Of a stretch of DNA of 64,000 nt, positions 50,911 through 64,000 are shown piece by piece; positions within the stretch are counted from its first letter, which is position 1, and every line of letters starts with the position of its first letter. The notes under the pieces were generated by a model. It had not been told where the DNA came from, searched no databases, and saw only the letters and a list, made by a program, of their open reading frames with translations. The position numbers and the translations under genes are program-made. The stretch comes from Eledone cirrhosa (Eukaryota): contig OZ024745.1 in assembly GCA_964016885.1 (NCBI GenBank), forward strand, positions 108,438,001 to 108,502,000. The letters are read 5' to 3'.

Positions 50911-50953
<43 letters not shown>

Positions 50954-51263
50954 CCATCATCATCATCATCGTCATCATCATCACCATCATCATCATCGTC
51001 GTCTCCTAATACATACACAACATTATGTATTTACATTAGACAGCAGCATCACCATGTTAAAATGAAATAACATGAAGTAATAAGATACAATAAATAAATA
51101 TAAGTCTTTTAAGTTAATAATCTGACCTTTCAGATATATTATATTATTAATTCATTATCATTATTATTATTATTATTTTTTTTTTATTATTATTATTATT
51201 ATCATCATTGTTGTTGTGTTATTTTTATTATTATTATTATTATTATTATCATTAATATTATTA

Positions 51264-51299
<36 letters not shown>

Positions 51300-51300
51300 T
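50882..51300. repeat. (CAT/CAC)n and (ATT)n microsatellites
   Basis: 50882-51002 and about 51150-51300. Confidence 0.93.
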
Positions 51301-51549
51301 TACAAATATTATTAATATTATTAGCGTTATTGTAGTTGTGGATTTGCTCATGTCTTATTTTTGTTGTTATTGCTATATATTTTAGTAGAATGTCAGCAAT
51401 CTTTTGAAAAAAAAAAAATCTCCCAAATATCCCAATCTGTGTAAAAATTCGAAAGGTAGGAAGGAATAAGCTGCAATATCAACAAATATAACAAATAACA
51501 ATAATAGTAAAAACAACACTAACATCATCACTATCATTAGTAACTTCCA

Positions 51550-51645
51550 TGTATCTATGTATGTGTATATATGTATGTATATATATATATATATGTATTT
51601 ATATATATACATATATATGTATATGTATATATATATATATGTATA

Positions 51646-51728
<83 letters not shown>

Positions 51729-51787
51729 ATACATATATATGTATATATATACATATATGTTTATATGTATATGCACATAAATATATG

Positions 51788-51819
<32 letters not shown>

Positions 51820-52089
51820 AGTATATATATCATATATATGCATATATATATATAAGTATATATATCATATATATGCATATATATATATATAAGTATATAT
51901 ATCATATATATGTACATATATATGCATATAAATATAAGTATTTATATATGTATATATATATACATATGTATATATATATATATATACGTATGTATGTATA
52001 TATATATATACATACATATGTATGAATATATATATATACATATGTATGAATATATATATATACATATGTATGAATATATATATATATAT

Positions 52090-52147
<58 letters not shown>

Positions 52148-52190
52148 GTATATGTATATACACACACACATATATATATATATGTGTGTG
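51550..52190. repeat. Interrupted (TA)n tract with local 24-38 bp tandem units
   Basis: AAGTATATATATCATATATATG x3; CATATGTATGAATATA x3. Confidence 0.93.
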
Positions 52191-52538
52191 TGTTATGTAC
52201 TTATATATGTATCTTTTTACTTTTTATTTATTCATTTACTTTCTCCCCAAAATTCTTAAAGGAAATGTTCTGAGAAATATTTGTTATGTAATGATTTTTA
52301 TTCTTATTTATATTTATTTAATCTCATAATATATTTTGTGATGAGGATTGTTTATGATGTATATGTGTTGGGGTAGTGGGGAATCTGGGATTAGACGTGG
52401 GGGTGGGGGGGCTCTGGGGGTATTGGGATCTGCCTTTCTTCTTGTTTTCCTACTGTTGTTTCTTTGTTTTGTTTATGTCTGTTATTGCTTGTTTGGTTGT
52501 TTGGTTGTTTGTTATTGTTTCATAGAATGGTGGTTGTC

Positions 52539-53090
52539 TTTGTGGTTGGATGAAGGTACAAATCAAACAAGGATATAGGTGAGAGTGGGAGAGGGGGTAG
52601 CGGAGGAGAGAGAGACATGGGGAAGAGTGGGAGAGGGGGGAGATGGAGGGAGAGAAGGAGAAAGAGAGAGAGGGGGGGGAAGAAGACAGGGAGAGAAAGA
52701 GGGAGAGAGGGAGAGAGAGGGAGGGGTGGGCTGGATTTGTGGTTGGATGAAGAAGAAACAAATCAAACAAGGATATAGATGAGAGAGGGGGGGGGAGTTG
52801 GGGAGTGGGGGAGTTGGGACTGAGAGTGGAGAGGGGATGAGGGAATGAGAGATGGGGAGGGGAGACTTGGGAAAGAGGGAGGGAGAGACATGGGGAGAGG
52901 GGAGAGACATAGGAAGAGAGAGAGAGAGAGTGGGAGAGAGATAGGGAGAAGGAGATAAAAAGAGTGAGAGAGGGTGGATTTATGTAATATGGGTACAATT
53001 TATCTGATGAAGGAGGAAAGGGTGAAAGAGGGGTGGATAGAATGAGAAAGAGAGAGAATGAAAGAAAAAGAGAGGGGAAGGCTGAGAGTG
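52539..53090 (+). repeat. Polypurine (GA/GGA) tract with a duplicated motif of about 47 bp
   Basis: TTTGTGGTTGGATGAAG..ACAAATCAAACAAGGATATAG.TGAGAG at 52539 and 52736; G-runs at 52787-52818. Confidence 0.8.
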
Positions 53091-53468
53091 TATGTATATG
53101 AGCATGGGTGTATGTATGTATGTAAATATGCATATACATGTGTGTATGTATGTTGTGCTTATATAGGGGGGATAAATGAAGGCAAATATATAAAATATAT
53201 ATCTATGTGTGTGAGAATGGATAAAGAGAGCACAAGGTAAGTAGGTGTATATATATGCACTTTTCTGCTTGTTGTGCATATATGGTGTGTGTGTGTGTGT
53301 ATGTGTAGTTTGTATGTGTGTGTGTATATGGTTTGTCTGGCTGTTTGTGTATGCCAGAGATATTAAATAAATTACTATGATCTTTTCCGACATGAATATT
53401 TTTTATTGACACACACATACACATACATACATACATATATATATATATATATGCACATATATACATAT

Positions 53469-53499
<31 letters not shown>

Positions 53500-53658
53500 G
53501 ATATATATACATATACACGCATATATACATATACACACGTATATATATACATATAGACAAATATATATACATATACACACATATATATATACATATACAC
53601 ATATATATATACATATACACATATACATATACACATATATATATATATACATATACAC

Positions 53659-53691
<33 letters not shown>

Positions 53692-53757
53692 TATATATAT
53701 ACATATACATATACACATATATACATATACATATATATATACATATACACACATATT

Positions 53758-53797
<40 letters not shown>

Positions 53798-53842
53798 CAT
53801 ATATATATATATATATATATATGGAGAATATATATATATATT

Positions 53843-53881
<39 letters not shown>

Positions 53882-53921
53882 ATGTGTATCTGTGTATATA
53901 TATATATATGTACACACATGT

Positions 53922-54357
53922 ATCATCATCATCATCATTCATCATTTCATTTTACGTCCACTTTTTCCCTGCTTGCAAGGGTGGGACGGGAACTGATTCT
54001 GGCTTGATTTCTACAGCTGGATGCCCTTCCTAACACCAACCTCATTTACAGTGAGTGCTGGGTGCTTTTTTGCCGTGGCACCTCCACGACCACTGAAACA
54101 ACACACAACCCGGTCTGAGAATTGAACTCATTGCTCCAGTTTACTCATCTGTAGAAATGAGATGATAAGACTGGGATCCCCATCATTCCACTGTAAAGTG
54201 GTCGTGGAGGTGCCACGGCAAAAAAGCACCCACCACTCACTGTAAATGAGGTTGGTGTTAGGAAGGGCATCCAGCTGTAGCAATCAAGCCAGAATCAGTT
54301 CCCGTCCCACCCTTGCAAGCAGGGAAAAGCGGACGTGAAATGAAATGAAATGATGAT
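53922..54357. mobile_element. Head-to-head fused pair of SINE B partial copies
   Basis: Minus copy 53922-54130 joined directly to plus copy 54130-54357. Confidence 0.9.
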
Positions 54358-54394
54358 CTATATACATATATACATATATATATACACACATATA

Positions 54395-54438
<44 letters not shown>

Positions 54439-54461
54439 CAAGCAGGGGAAAGCGGACGTAA

Positions 54462-55009
54462 AATGATGATGATGATGATGATGATGATTACTAATTTGGT
54501 AACATGTTCGAAATCCAATGACGTAATACAACAACTATTACTACCACCACCACCACCAATACTACTGCTACTACTATTGATGATGATGGTGATGGTGATG
54601 ATGGTGGTGATGATGGTGATGGTGATGATGGCGGTGATGATTATTATGATGATGGTGATGATTATTATGATGATGGTGATGATTATTATGATGATGGTGA
54701 TGATGGTGGTGATGATGATGATTATTATGATGATGATGACGATGATGATGATGATGATTATTATTATGATGATGGTGATGATGGTGATGATTATTATGAT
54801 GATGTTGAAGATGGTGGTGATGGTGATGGTGATGGTGATGATTATTATGATGATGGTGATGATGATGGTGATGATGATGATGGTGATGATGATGATTATT
54901 ATGATGATGGTGATGATTATTATGATGATGGTGATGATCGTGATGGTGATGATGGTGATGATGATTATGATTATGATGATGATGATGGTGATGGTGATGA
55001 TGATAATAG

Positions 55010-55047
<38 letters not shown>

Positions 55048-55078
55048 GTGATGATGATGGTGATGGCAATAATAATAA
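54462..55078 (+). repeat. (GAT/GGT/TAT)n compound trinucleotide tract
   Basis: Recurrent ATGATTATTATGATGATGGTG units. Confidence 0.93.
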
Positions 55079-55164
55079 TCTGACTTGGAGATAGATGAAA
55101 TCCTAGAGGAGAGTTGTTTCCTGGTCTTAGCAATTCCCGTTAAGTAATCATATTTTCACATCTA

Positions 55165-58060
55165 CATATACAATGAGGCAAACACATACACACACTCCAT
55201 ATACAATGAGGCAAACACATACACACACTCCGTATACAATGAGGCAAACACATACACACACTACATATACAATGAGGAAAACACATACACACACTCCATA
55301 TACAATGAAGCAAACACATACACACACTCCATATACAATGAGGCAAACACATACACACACTCCGTATACAATGAGGCAAACACATACACACACTCCATAT
55401 ACAATGAGGCAAACACATACACACACTCCATATACAATGAGGCAAACACATACACACACTCCATATACAATGAAGCAAACACATACACACACTCCATATA
55501 CAATGAGGCAAACACATACACACACTCCATATACAATGAGGCAAACACATACACACACTCCGTATACAATGAGGCAAACACATACACACACTCCGTATAC
55601 AATGAGGCAAACACATACACACACTCCATATACAATGAGGCAAACACATACACACACTCCATATACAATGAGGCAAACACATACACACACTCCATATACA
55701 ATGAAGCAAACACATACACACACTCCATATACAATGAAGCAAACACATACACACACTCCATATACAATGAGGCAAACACATACACACACTCCATATACAA
55801 TGAGGCAAACACATACACACACTCCATATACAATGAGGCAAACACATACACACACTCCATATACAATGAGGCAAACACATACACACACTCCATATACAAT
55901 GAGGCAAACACATACACACACTCCATATACAATGAGGCAAACACATACACACACTCCATATACAATGAGGCAAACACATACACACACTACATATACAATG
56001 AGGCAAACACATACACACACTCCATATACAATGAAGCAAACACATACACACACTCCGTATACAATGAGGCAAACACATACACACACTCCGTATACAATGA
56101 GGCAAACACATACACACACTCCATATACAATGAGGCAAACACATACACACACTCCATATACAATGAGGCAAACACATACACACACTCCATATACAATGAA
56201 GCAAACACATACACACACTCCATATACAATGAAGCAAACACATACACACACTACATATACAATGAGGCAAACACATACACACACTCCATATACAATGAGG
56301 CAAACACATACACACACTCCATATACAATGAGGCAAACACATACACACACTCCATATACAATGAGGCAAACACATACACACACTCCATATACAATGAGGC
56401 AAACACATACACACACTCCATATACAATGAGGCAAACACGTACACACACTCCATATACAATGAGGCAAACACGTACACACACTCCATATACAATGAGGCA
56501 AACACGTACACACACTCCATATACAATGAGGCAAACACGTACACACACTCCATATACAATGAGGCAAACACATACACACACTCCATATACAATGAGGCAA
56601 ACACGTACACACACTCCATATACAATGAGGCAAACACATACACACACTCCATATACAATGAGGCAAACACGTACACACACTCCATATACAATGAGGCAAA
56701 CACGTACACACACTCCATATACAATGAGGCAAACACGTACACACACGCCATATACAATGAGGCAAACACATACACACACTCCATATACAATGAGGCAAAC
56801 ACATACACACACTCCATATACAATGAGGCAAACACATACACACACTCCATATACAATGAGGCAAACACATACACACACTCCATATACAATGAGGCAAACA
56901 CGTACACACACTCCATATACAATGAGGCAAATACATACACACACTCCATATACAATGAGGCAAACACATACACACACTCCGTATACAATGAGGCACACAC
57001 ATACACACACTACATATACAATGAGGCAAACACATACACACACTACATATACAATGAGGCAAACACATACACACACTCCATATACAATGAGGCAAACACA
57101 TACACACACTACATATACAATGAGGCAAACACATACACACACTACATATACAATGAGGCAAACACATACACACACTCCATATACAATGAGGCAAACACAT
57201 ACACACACTCCATATACAATGAGGCAAACACATACACACACTACATATACAATGAGGCAAACACATACACACACTCCGTATACAATGAGGCACACACATA
57301 CACACACTCCATATACAATGAGGCAAACACATACACACACTCCATATACAATGAGGCAAACACATACACACACTCCGTATACAATGAGGCAAACACATAC
57401 ACACACTACATATACAATGAGGCAAACACATACACACACTACATATACAATGAGGCAAACACATACACACACTACATATACAATGAGGCAAACACATACA
57501 CACACTCCGTATACAATGAGGCAAACACATACACACACTACATATACACACACTACATATACAATGAGGCAAACACATACACACACTCCATATACAATCA
57601 GGCAAACACATACACACACTACATATACAATGACGCAAACACATACACACACTCCATATACAATGAGGCAAACACATACACACACTCCATATACAATGAG
57701 GTAAACACATACACACACTCCATATACAATGAGGCAAACACATACACACACTACATATACAATGAGGCAAACACATACACACACTCCATATACAATGAGG
57801 CAAACACATACACACACTCCATATACAATGAGGCAAACACATACACACACTCCGTATACAATGAGGCAAACACATACACACACTACATATACAATGAGAT
57901 AAACACATACACACACTACATATACAATGAGGCAAACACATACACACACTACATATACAATGAGGCAAACACATACACACACTACATATACAATGAGGCA
58001 AACACATACACACACTCAAACATATACAATGTGGCAAACACATACACACACTCAAACATA
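55165..58060 (+). repeat. 33-bp minisatellite, about 88 copies
   Basis: Unit CATATACAATGAGGCAAACACATACACACACTC with single-base variants; no unique spacers. Confidence 0.98.
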
Positions 58061-58208
58061 TGTACATAAAAGAACACTAACTGGCTATATCATATATGTA
58101 AGTACATAGATACACTTTTACACACACACACACACACACACACAATGTGCATACATGTTGTAGTGCATCTGAGCACTTTACACAATAATTTCATTATTAT
58201 TATTATAT

Positions 58209-59230
58209 AGGTTAACTTTGCCTTTCATCCTTACGGGGTCGATAAAATAAAGTACCAGTAATGTACTGGGTAATTGCTGGCCTTGTGCCAAAGTTAGAAA
58301 CAATTATTATTATATATGGCGGTGGATTGGCAGTATCGGTAGAGGGTCGGACACCATGCTTTCCAGCATAGAGTTACGTCCCTTTATGATCTGAGTTCAA
58401 ATCCCGCCGAAGTTAACTTTGCCTTTCATCCTTACGGGGTCGATAAAATAAAGTACCAGTAATGTACTGGGTAATTGCTGGCCTTGTGCCTAAAATAGAA
58501 ACAACTATTAGGTATGTATATGTATATACATATATATGCATCATCATCATCATCATTATGATTTCATATCTGGTTTTCAAAGTTGGCATGGGCTGAACAG
58601 GTCCATCACGGTCTGATTAAGTTACTGCCCACTGGTATAGTTTCAATGGCTGGATACCCTTTCTATAATAAAATAATAATTGTTTCTACTTTTGGCACAA
58701 GTACTTTATTTTATCGACCCCCGTAAGGATGAAAGGCAAAGTTAACCTCGGCGGGATTTGAACTCAGAATGGCAAGGGCCGTAACTCTATGCTGCAAAGC
58801 ATGGCGTCCGACCCTCTACCGATACAATGATTTCTACTATAGGCACAAGGCCATCAATTTTGGAGGAATGGAAAGTCGATTAAATTGGCCCCAGTGTATT
58901 ATGGGTGCTTTATTTTATCGACTATAGGGCCATAACTCTATGCTGCAAAGCATGGTGTCTGATGCTCTGCCGATACTGCCAATCCACTACCCTTATAATA
59001 ATAATTATAATAATGGTGGTTTTTGATTTAGGCACGAGGCCAACAATTTTTTTGGGGGGGAGCAAATTTGATTAAATCAACCCCAATGTGTTACTGGTAC
59101 TTTATTTTATCGACCCCATAAGGATGAAAGGCAAAGTTAACCTCAGCAGGATTTGAACTCATAATGTAAAGAGACACAGCTCTATGACATATAGTATGAT
59201 GTCCAGCCCTCTATTGATATTGTCAACCCC
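58209..59230. mobile_element. Cluster of five SINE A copies (two plus, three minus)
   Basis: 58209-58290 +, 58318-58510 +, 58676-58825 -, 58826-58993 -, 59015-59230 -. Confidence 0.85.
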
Positions 59231-59429
59231 AGCAATAATTAGATTGGAGTCAGTTTGAAGATAGGGAACCAACAAAAACATCATTCTTTTGGACTGTTCG
59301 GATACACTGCAGAGTCCCTGAATTATGAATAAAATGTATCACCTCAGTCCACTGGTTGTAGATAGCTGCTACTTAGTATCTATCTCTGGCAAATTTGCTG
59401 TTACAGATCATTACCATCATCATCATTGT

Positions 59430-59841
59430 TTAACCATTTAGCACTTAAACTGGCCATATCCGGCCAGAATTCTCTCACGTTTTTCTGTTCAAACCGGCTG
59501 TAACTGGTTGCTCATACCTACATTAGGGTATTGTTCTCAAAATAAATAACATCAAAATCTCATAGATTCGATACTATGTGAGATTATTGTGGATTGGCAG
59601 TATCGGTAGAGGGTCAGACGCCATGCTTTCCAGCATAGTTACGTCCCTTTACGATCTGAGTTCAAATCCCGCCGAGGTTGACTTTGCCTTTCATCCTTAC
59701 GGGGTCGATAAAATAAAGTACCAGTAATGCACTGGGTAATTGCTGGCCTTGTGCCTAAAGTAGAAACAATTATGTAAGGTAAAGCCTTTACTATGAAAAT
59801 ATAATAATAAATATAGAATAATGTAAATGCTAAAGGGTTAA
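59430..59841. mobile_element. piggyBac-type MITE containing SINE A (59589-59773), itself inside an RTE tail
   Basis: (CAT)nTGT-TTAA[MITE+SINE]TTAA-TGTCCACTTTCCCTGCTAG. Confidence 0.85.
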
Positions 59842-60022
59842 TGTCCACTTTCCCTGCTAGTGAGGGTTGGATGGGACTTCGTAAACCAAGTCAGTACTGA
59901 AGCAAGACTACTTATCTCCCAGACAGCACAGGGGTCTGCATCTCTGTTTCATGTTCTATCAAGTGCACCCTTCAATAATAGTCTCTCTCTCTCTTTATTT
60001 TTTGGGACACCCTGTATATATA

Positions 60023-60090
<68 letters not shown>

Positions 60091-60095
<5 letters not shown>

Positions 60096-60189
60096 GCCCT
60101 AAAAAATGTATTCACACTTTGATTACCTGTACAGGCAATATTTATTAGAATGCTGTTGAAGTGTGTATACATTTTTGGGCGACATCCTG
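60091..60189. mobile_element. Tc1/mariner-type MITE of about 100 bp
   Basis: AGGGTGCCCTAAAAAATGTATTCACACTT / AAGTGTGTATACATTTTTGGGCGACATCCTG. Confidence 0.7.
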
Positions 60190-60618
60190 TGTATATATAT
60201 ACATACATACAAACATGTCGACAGAGGGAGAGAGAGAGTGAAACTGAGATATTATATAATTAGAACTTGGCATTTGGATGGTAGAATTATGGGACAGATG
60301 TAGAGAGGGAGTGACATCAGTTATATGAAAGGCAACCCTTTCTAATTAGCTACTGAAGGAGCAGAGAAGAGAGGGTTAGTTAAATTTCTGAATCACTAAG
60401 GTGTGACGGCATTTGAAGTTATTCACTAACCACCCCATCTCCTTTCTCTGAGTATATATATATAATACACACACCCATATATATATATATATATACATAT
60501 ATATACACACATATATACATACATATATATATATATATACACACATATATATACATATACACACATATATACACATACACACATATATACATATACACAC
60601 ATATATACATATACATAC

Positions 60619-60649
<31 letters not shown>

Positions 60650-60819
60650 TACATATACATACATATACATATATACATATACATACATATATATATATAC
60701 ACACATATATACATATACATACATATACATATATATATACATACATATACATACACACACACACACATATATGTGAGTGTGTATGTTAAAAGATGAAGAT
60801 GATGATGATACACACACAC

Positions 60820-60858
<39 letters not shown>

Positions 60859-61537
60859 CGTAGAAATCTACAGTTGACAATGAAAGGAAATTAGTTCAAA
60901 CAAAAGAAATCATGTTTTAAAAAAAAAAGTATGGTGCTGGCAGAAATAATCATGGTTATCTCATTTGCTTTTGTACTGACTGCTTTCAAAGTTACATTTG
61001 TGTGAAAAAATACACAACAGCAGCACAAATGAAACTTTGAAAGCTACACATATCTCGTATACAATATCAGATTTAGGACAAATGAGGCCCTAAATGGTCA
61101 TTACTTGGACACTGAAGGAGATAAAAGTTTTTTATGGCAGGAAGAAGGGCTCTTTTCCCCAGGCCAATGGGGCCCTATGCTTAAGCACACCTAAGCACAA
61201 TGGTAAATCCAGCATTGCTCATATTTTTTGTTTTTGACCTGGTTTCTATAGTTTTATGCCCTTTCTAATGCTAACCATTGAACGGTGAGCATTAGGAGTG
61301 TTTAATTGTGGAAAAAGACCTCCCACATGACATGGTAGACTGGGTGCTTATATATATATATATGTATAACTGTAAATGTGGTTGGTGTTAGGAAGGGCAT
61401 CCAGCTGTAAAAAAACCTGCCAGAAACACTTCCGTAGGAGCGAGTAACGGTCTCCTGACCATTCCTGTATCAAATGGAACAAAACCACCTAACCCATGCT
61501 AGCATGGAAGATGGACGTTAAACGATGATGATGATGA

Positions 61538-61603
<66 letters not shown>

Positions 61604-61607
<4 letters not shown>

Positions 61608-62186
61608 TCATCATCATCATCATGATCATCATTTTACGTCTGCTTTTCCCTGCTTGCAAGGGTGGGACGGGTCTTATTCAGCACAGCATCTCTCCACTTG
61701 TCACGGTCCTTCATCCTCCATGTGCATCACATGTCCATACCACCGCAGTCTCCTCTCTCGCACACTACATTCTATCCCTCTCAGACACAGTTTCTCTCTC
61801 AACACATCCATGTCTGGTTGGAACTCTGCTTCAGCCACCAGTTTCTTCATTAGCCTGCAGTAAGTTGTCATGTAAGAAATTCCAGTTATTATCTATCTCA
61901 TACGACTCTAAATCGTCTTCTTTTTCGTCATACACATCTTGAAGGGCTTTCCTAAATTTGTATTTTAGTGAAAGGTCTTTTAGCTTCCAGACCTTTCTTC
62001 TCCACACCTTCCTGTATGTCTCATTCCATCTCTTGCTTACTGAGATATCACTAACGACTAACCTATGCTGTGGGGGTACATTCTTCCCCAGGGTATGCCT
62101 TGGTATATGACACCATCTGCCTGTCCCGCTGCCTAACTAGTAAGAAGTCAATCTGGCTTATGTGTTCACCTGATTTGTAGGTTATT
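61604..62186 (-). mobile_element. Internally deleted RTE LINE (family 3) ending in the SINE B tail
   Basis: ITYKSGEHISQIDFLL..HRLVVSDI..RRKVWKLKD (APE end) spliced to [28 protein letters not shown], then [22 protein letters not shown] and (GAT)n. Confidence 0.88.
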
Positions 62187-62454
62187 ATATATATATTTTA
62201 TAACCTCTGTCATTTTCGTTCAACAAATATATTTACATTATTCTTAACTCCGAAGCCGAGAATCATTCGGTTTCCTAAATAAAATCCTAGTCTAATGACT
62301 CCATTTATACCATAAATGTGGTTTTGTCTTTGCGTGTAATTGTTCTTCACGCTCCACATAATGACGTATTATCTTCGCTTTTTTTTTTGTTCATTGCCAG
62401 GGAACGTCTTCACGAATCAAAGTATCATCTTCCTGTTTTCCTTCGGCTGCAACA

Positions 62455-62585
62455 TTTTTCGAAACATTTACTTCTGCGTTCACAGATTGAATTTTTTCAG
62501 ATTGAATTTTTTCAGTTTCAGAAGATGCTGTTAAGGGTGAAAGCAGCGATTATTTGCTTAAACTTTAATCTGTTATTTTAATAAA
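62455..62585 (+). repeat. Dispersed repeat shared with the Helitron interior
   Basis: TTTTTCGAAA.ATTTACTTCTGCGTTCACAGA...GTTAAGGGTGAAAGCAGCGATT.TTTGCTTAAACTTTAATCTGTTATTTTAATA also at about 37417-37530. Confidence 0.85.
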
Positions 62586-63047
62586 TATTTGCTCTATGGT
62601 TCTTATATATTTGATATATATATATATCTATCCTTATCAAACCCCCTTTGGATTTTAGTCTTCACATTTATTATTATTACTATATATATAACAACCCTTG
62701 TTGTTAATAAACAAAGCATTATTACTATATATATAGTATAAATTATTTCATACACTTAACATGTATGTGCGACCTTAGTTTTTGGGGTCCAGTTATAGTC
62801 ACCACTGTATAGTGTAGGAGCTGCCAAAGTCCATCCCAAGAGCTGAAGACTTTCGAGTTCTGTGTCTTTCGTTTGTATTTTTATTTTCAAAAAATAATTT
62901 TTTAAGGTTTCTCTTTCAAAAAATTGTTTTTCATTTTTCCTTGTTTTCATTTGTTGTCTTGTCTTCTCTTTGTTAATTTTCCTAAGTAAATTATTAATAA
63001 TCTGTGACATATATGTTTTCTCTTCTTCCCCAATAATCTCAATGATT

Positions 63048-63444
63048 TCATCATCATCATCATCATCATCATTTTACGTCCGCTTTTCCCTGCTTGCAAG
63101 GGTGGGACGGGAACTGATTCTGGCTTGATTTCTACAGCTGGATTCCCTTCCTAACACCTACCTCATTTACAATGAGTGCTGGGTGCTTCTTTTGCAATGG
63201 CACCTCCAAGACCACTTTACAGTGTGAGCTGGGTGCTTTTTTGCAATGGCACCTCCACGACCACTTTGCAGTGGAATGACATGGACCCCAGTCATATCAT
63301 CTCATTTCTATAGCTGAGTAAACTGGAGCAATGTGAAATAAAGTGTCTTGCTCAATGAAACAACACATCACCCGGTCTGAGAATTGAACTTACAACCATT
63401 CGATTGCAAGGCCAATGCTCTAACCACTAAGCCATGTGCCTCCA
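63048..63444 (-). mobile_element. SINE family B
   Basis: Full length, two VNTR units, 5' end in (TA)n. Confidence 0.9.
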
Positions 63445-63780
63445 TATATATATATATATATATATACGTATGTGTGTATGTATAATAGCGGTTATATATA
63501 ACATTTTCATATGTCACTGTCATCATCACTGTTTAATGTCTATTTTCCATGCTGATATGAGTTAGAAAGGCTGTCATATTATGCGGCCAGACAGGTCAAG
63601 TGACCATGTCTTGATCATTTTTGACTTGGTTTTCTATGGCCAGATGCCCTTCTTAACTCCAACTATTTAACAGTGTGTAGTCGGAGTACTTTAACATGAT
63701 ACTGGTATGACCACTTTACAGAGTGAACTGGGTGCGATTTTTGTATATATGAATGGGCCCTTAGTAGCAAATAAAGGGAA

Positions 63781-63821
<41 letters not shown>

Positions 63822-63841
63822 CAAATCAAAGTAGCTCTTAT

Positions 63842-64000
63842 TTTGGCAGTATTAGTAGAGGGTCGGACACCATGCTTTGTAGCATAGAGTTACGCCCCTT
63901 TACGCTCTGAATTCAAATTCCACCGAGGTTAAGTTTGCCTTTCATCCTTATGATGTCGATCAAATAAAGCACCAGTAATGCACTGGGGGTAATTGCTGGC
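63842..64000 (+). mobile_element. SINE family A (runs off the window end)
   Basis: Consensus match. Confidence 0.85.

Noticed and set aside
50871-51065. Poly-His ORF, and poly-Met/Ile ORFs at 54258-55133
   Set aside because: (CAT)n/(GAT)n microsatellites
52450-53139. 229-aa Ser/Pro/Leu-rich ORF
   Set aside because: Translation of a CT-rich low-complexity strand
55165-58060. 33-bp array as a CRISPR array or a 975-aa Cys-rich/metallothionein-like gene
   Set aside because: Head-to-tail units with no unique spacers, no cas genes, eukaryotic context; open frames follow from the unit length

Overview
AT-rich eukaryotic non-coding DNA, most consistent with a coleoid cephalopod (octopod-like). This is inferred from dense (TA)n/(CA)n microsatellites, tRNA-CORE SINEs and abundant RTE LINEs. 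No intact host protein-coding exon is recognisable. Two possible minus-strand untranslated exons, one ending in ATG|GTAAGA, suggest the window is the 5' UTR introns of a gene continuing to the left. Main content: (1) a near full-length but decayed RTE-clade LINE (31484-34858, minus) whose RT domain carries an inserted C4HC3 PHD-type finger, plus fragments of related RTE families; (2) two high-copy tRNA-derived SINE families, one a modular tRNA+CORE+VNTR+RTE-tail element; (3) an internally deleted Helitron inserted at A|T inside a TTAA/piggyBac-type MITE; (4) hAT and Tc1/mariner MITEs, CR1-like and R4/Dong-like 3' ends, and Penelope-like relics with degenerate hammerhead ribozyme cores; (5) a 2.2-kb compound trinucleotide array that reads as a Thr/Ala-rich polymer on the minus strand, a 2.9-kb 33-bp minisatellite and a 79-bp octamer-bearing minisatellite; (6) several fold-back inverted duplications pivoting on (TA)n, and a 200-N gap beside degenerate TTAGGG repeats. 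Almost all long ORFs in the supplied track are microsatellite artefacts. Family names come from motif recognition, not database searches, and coordinates were read by eye.
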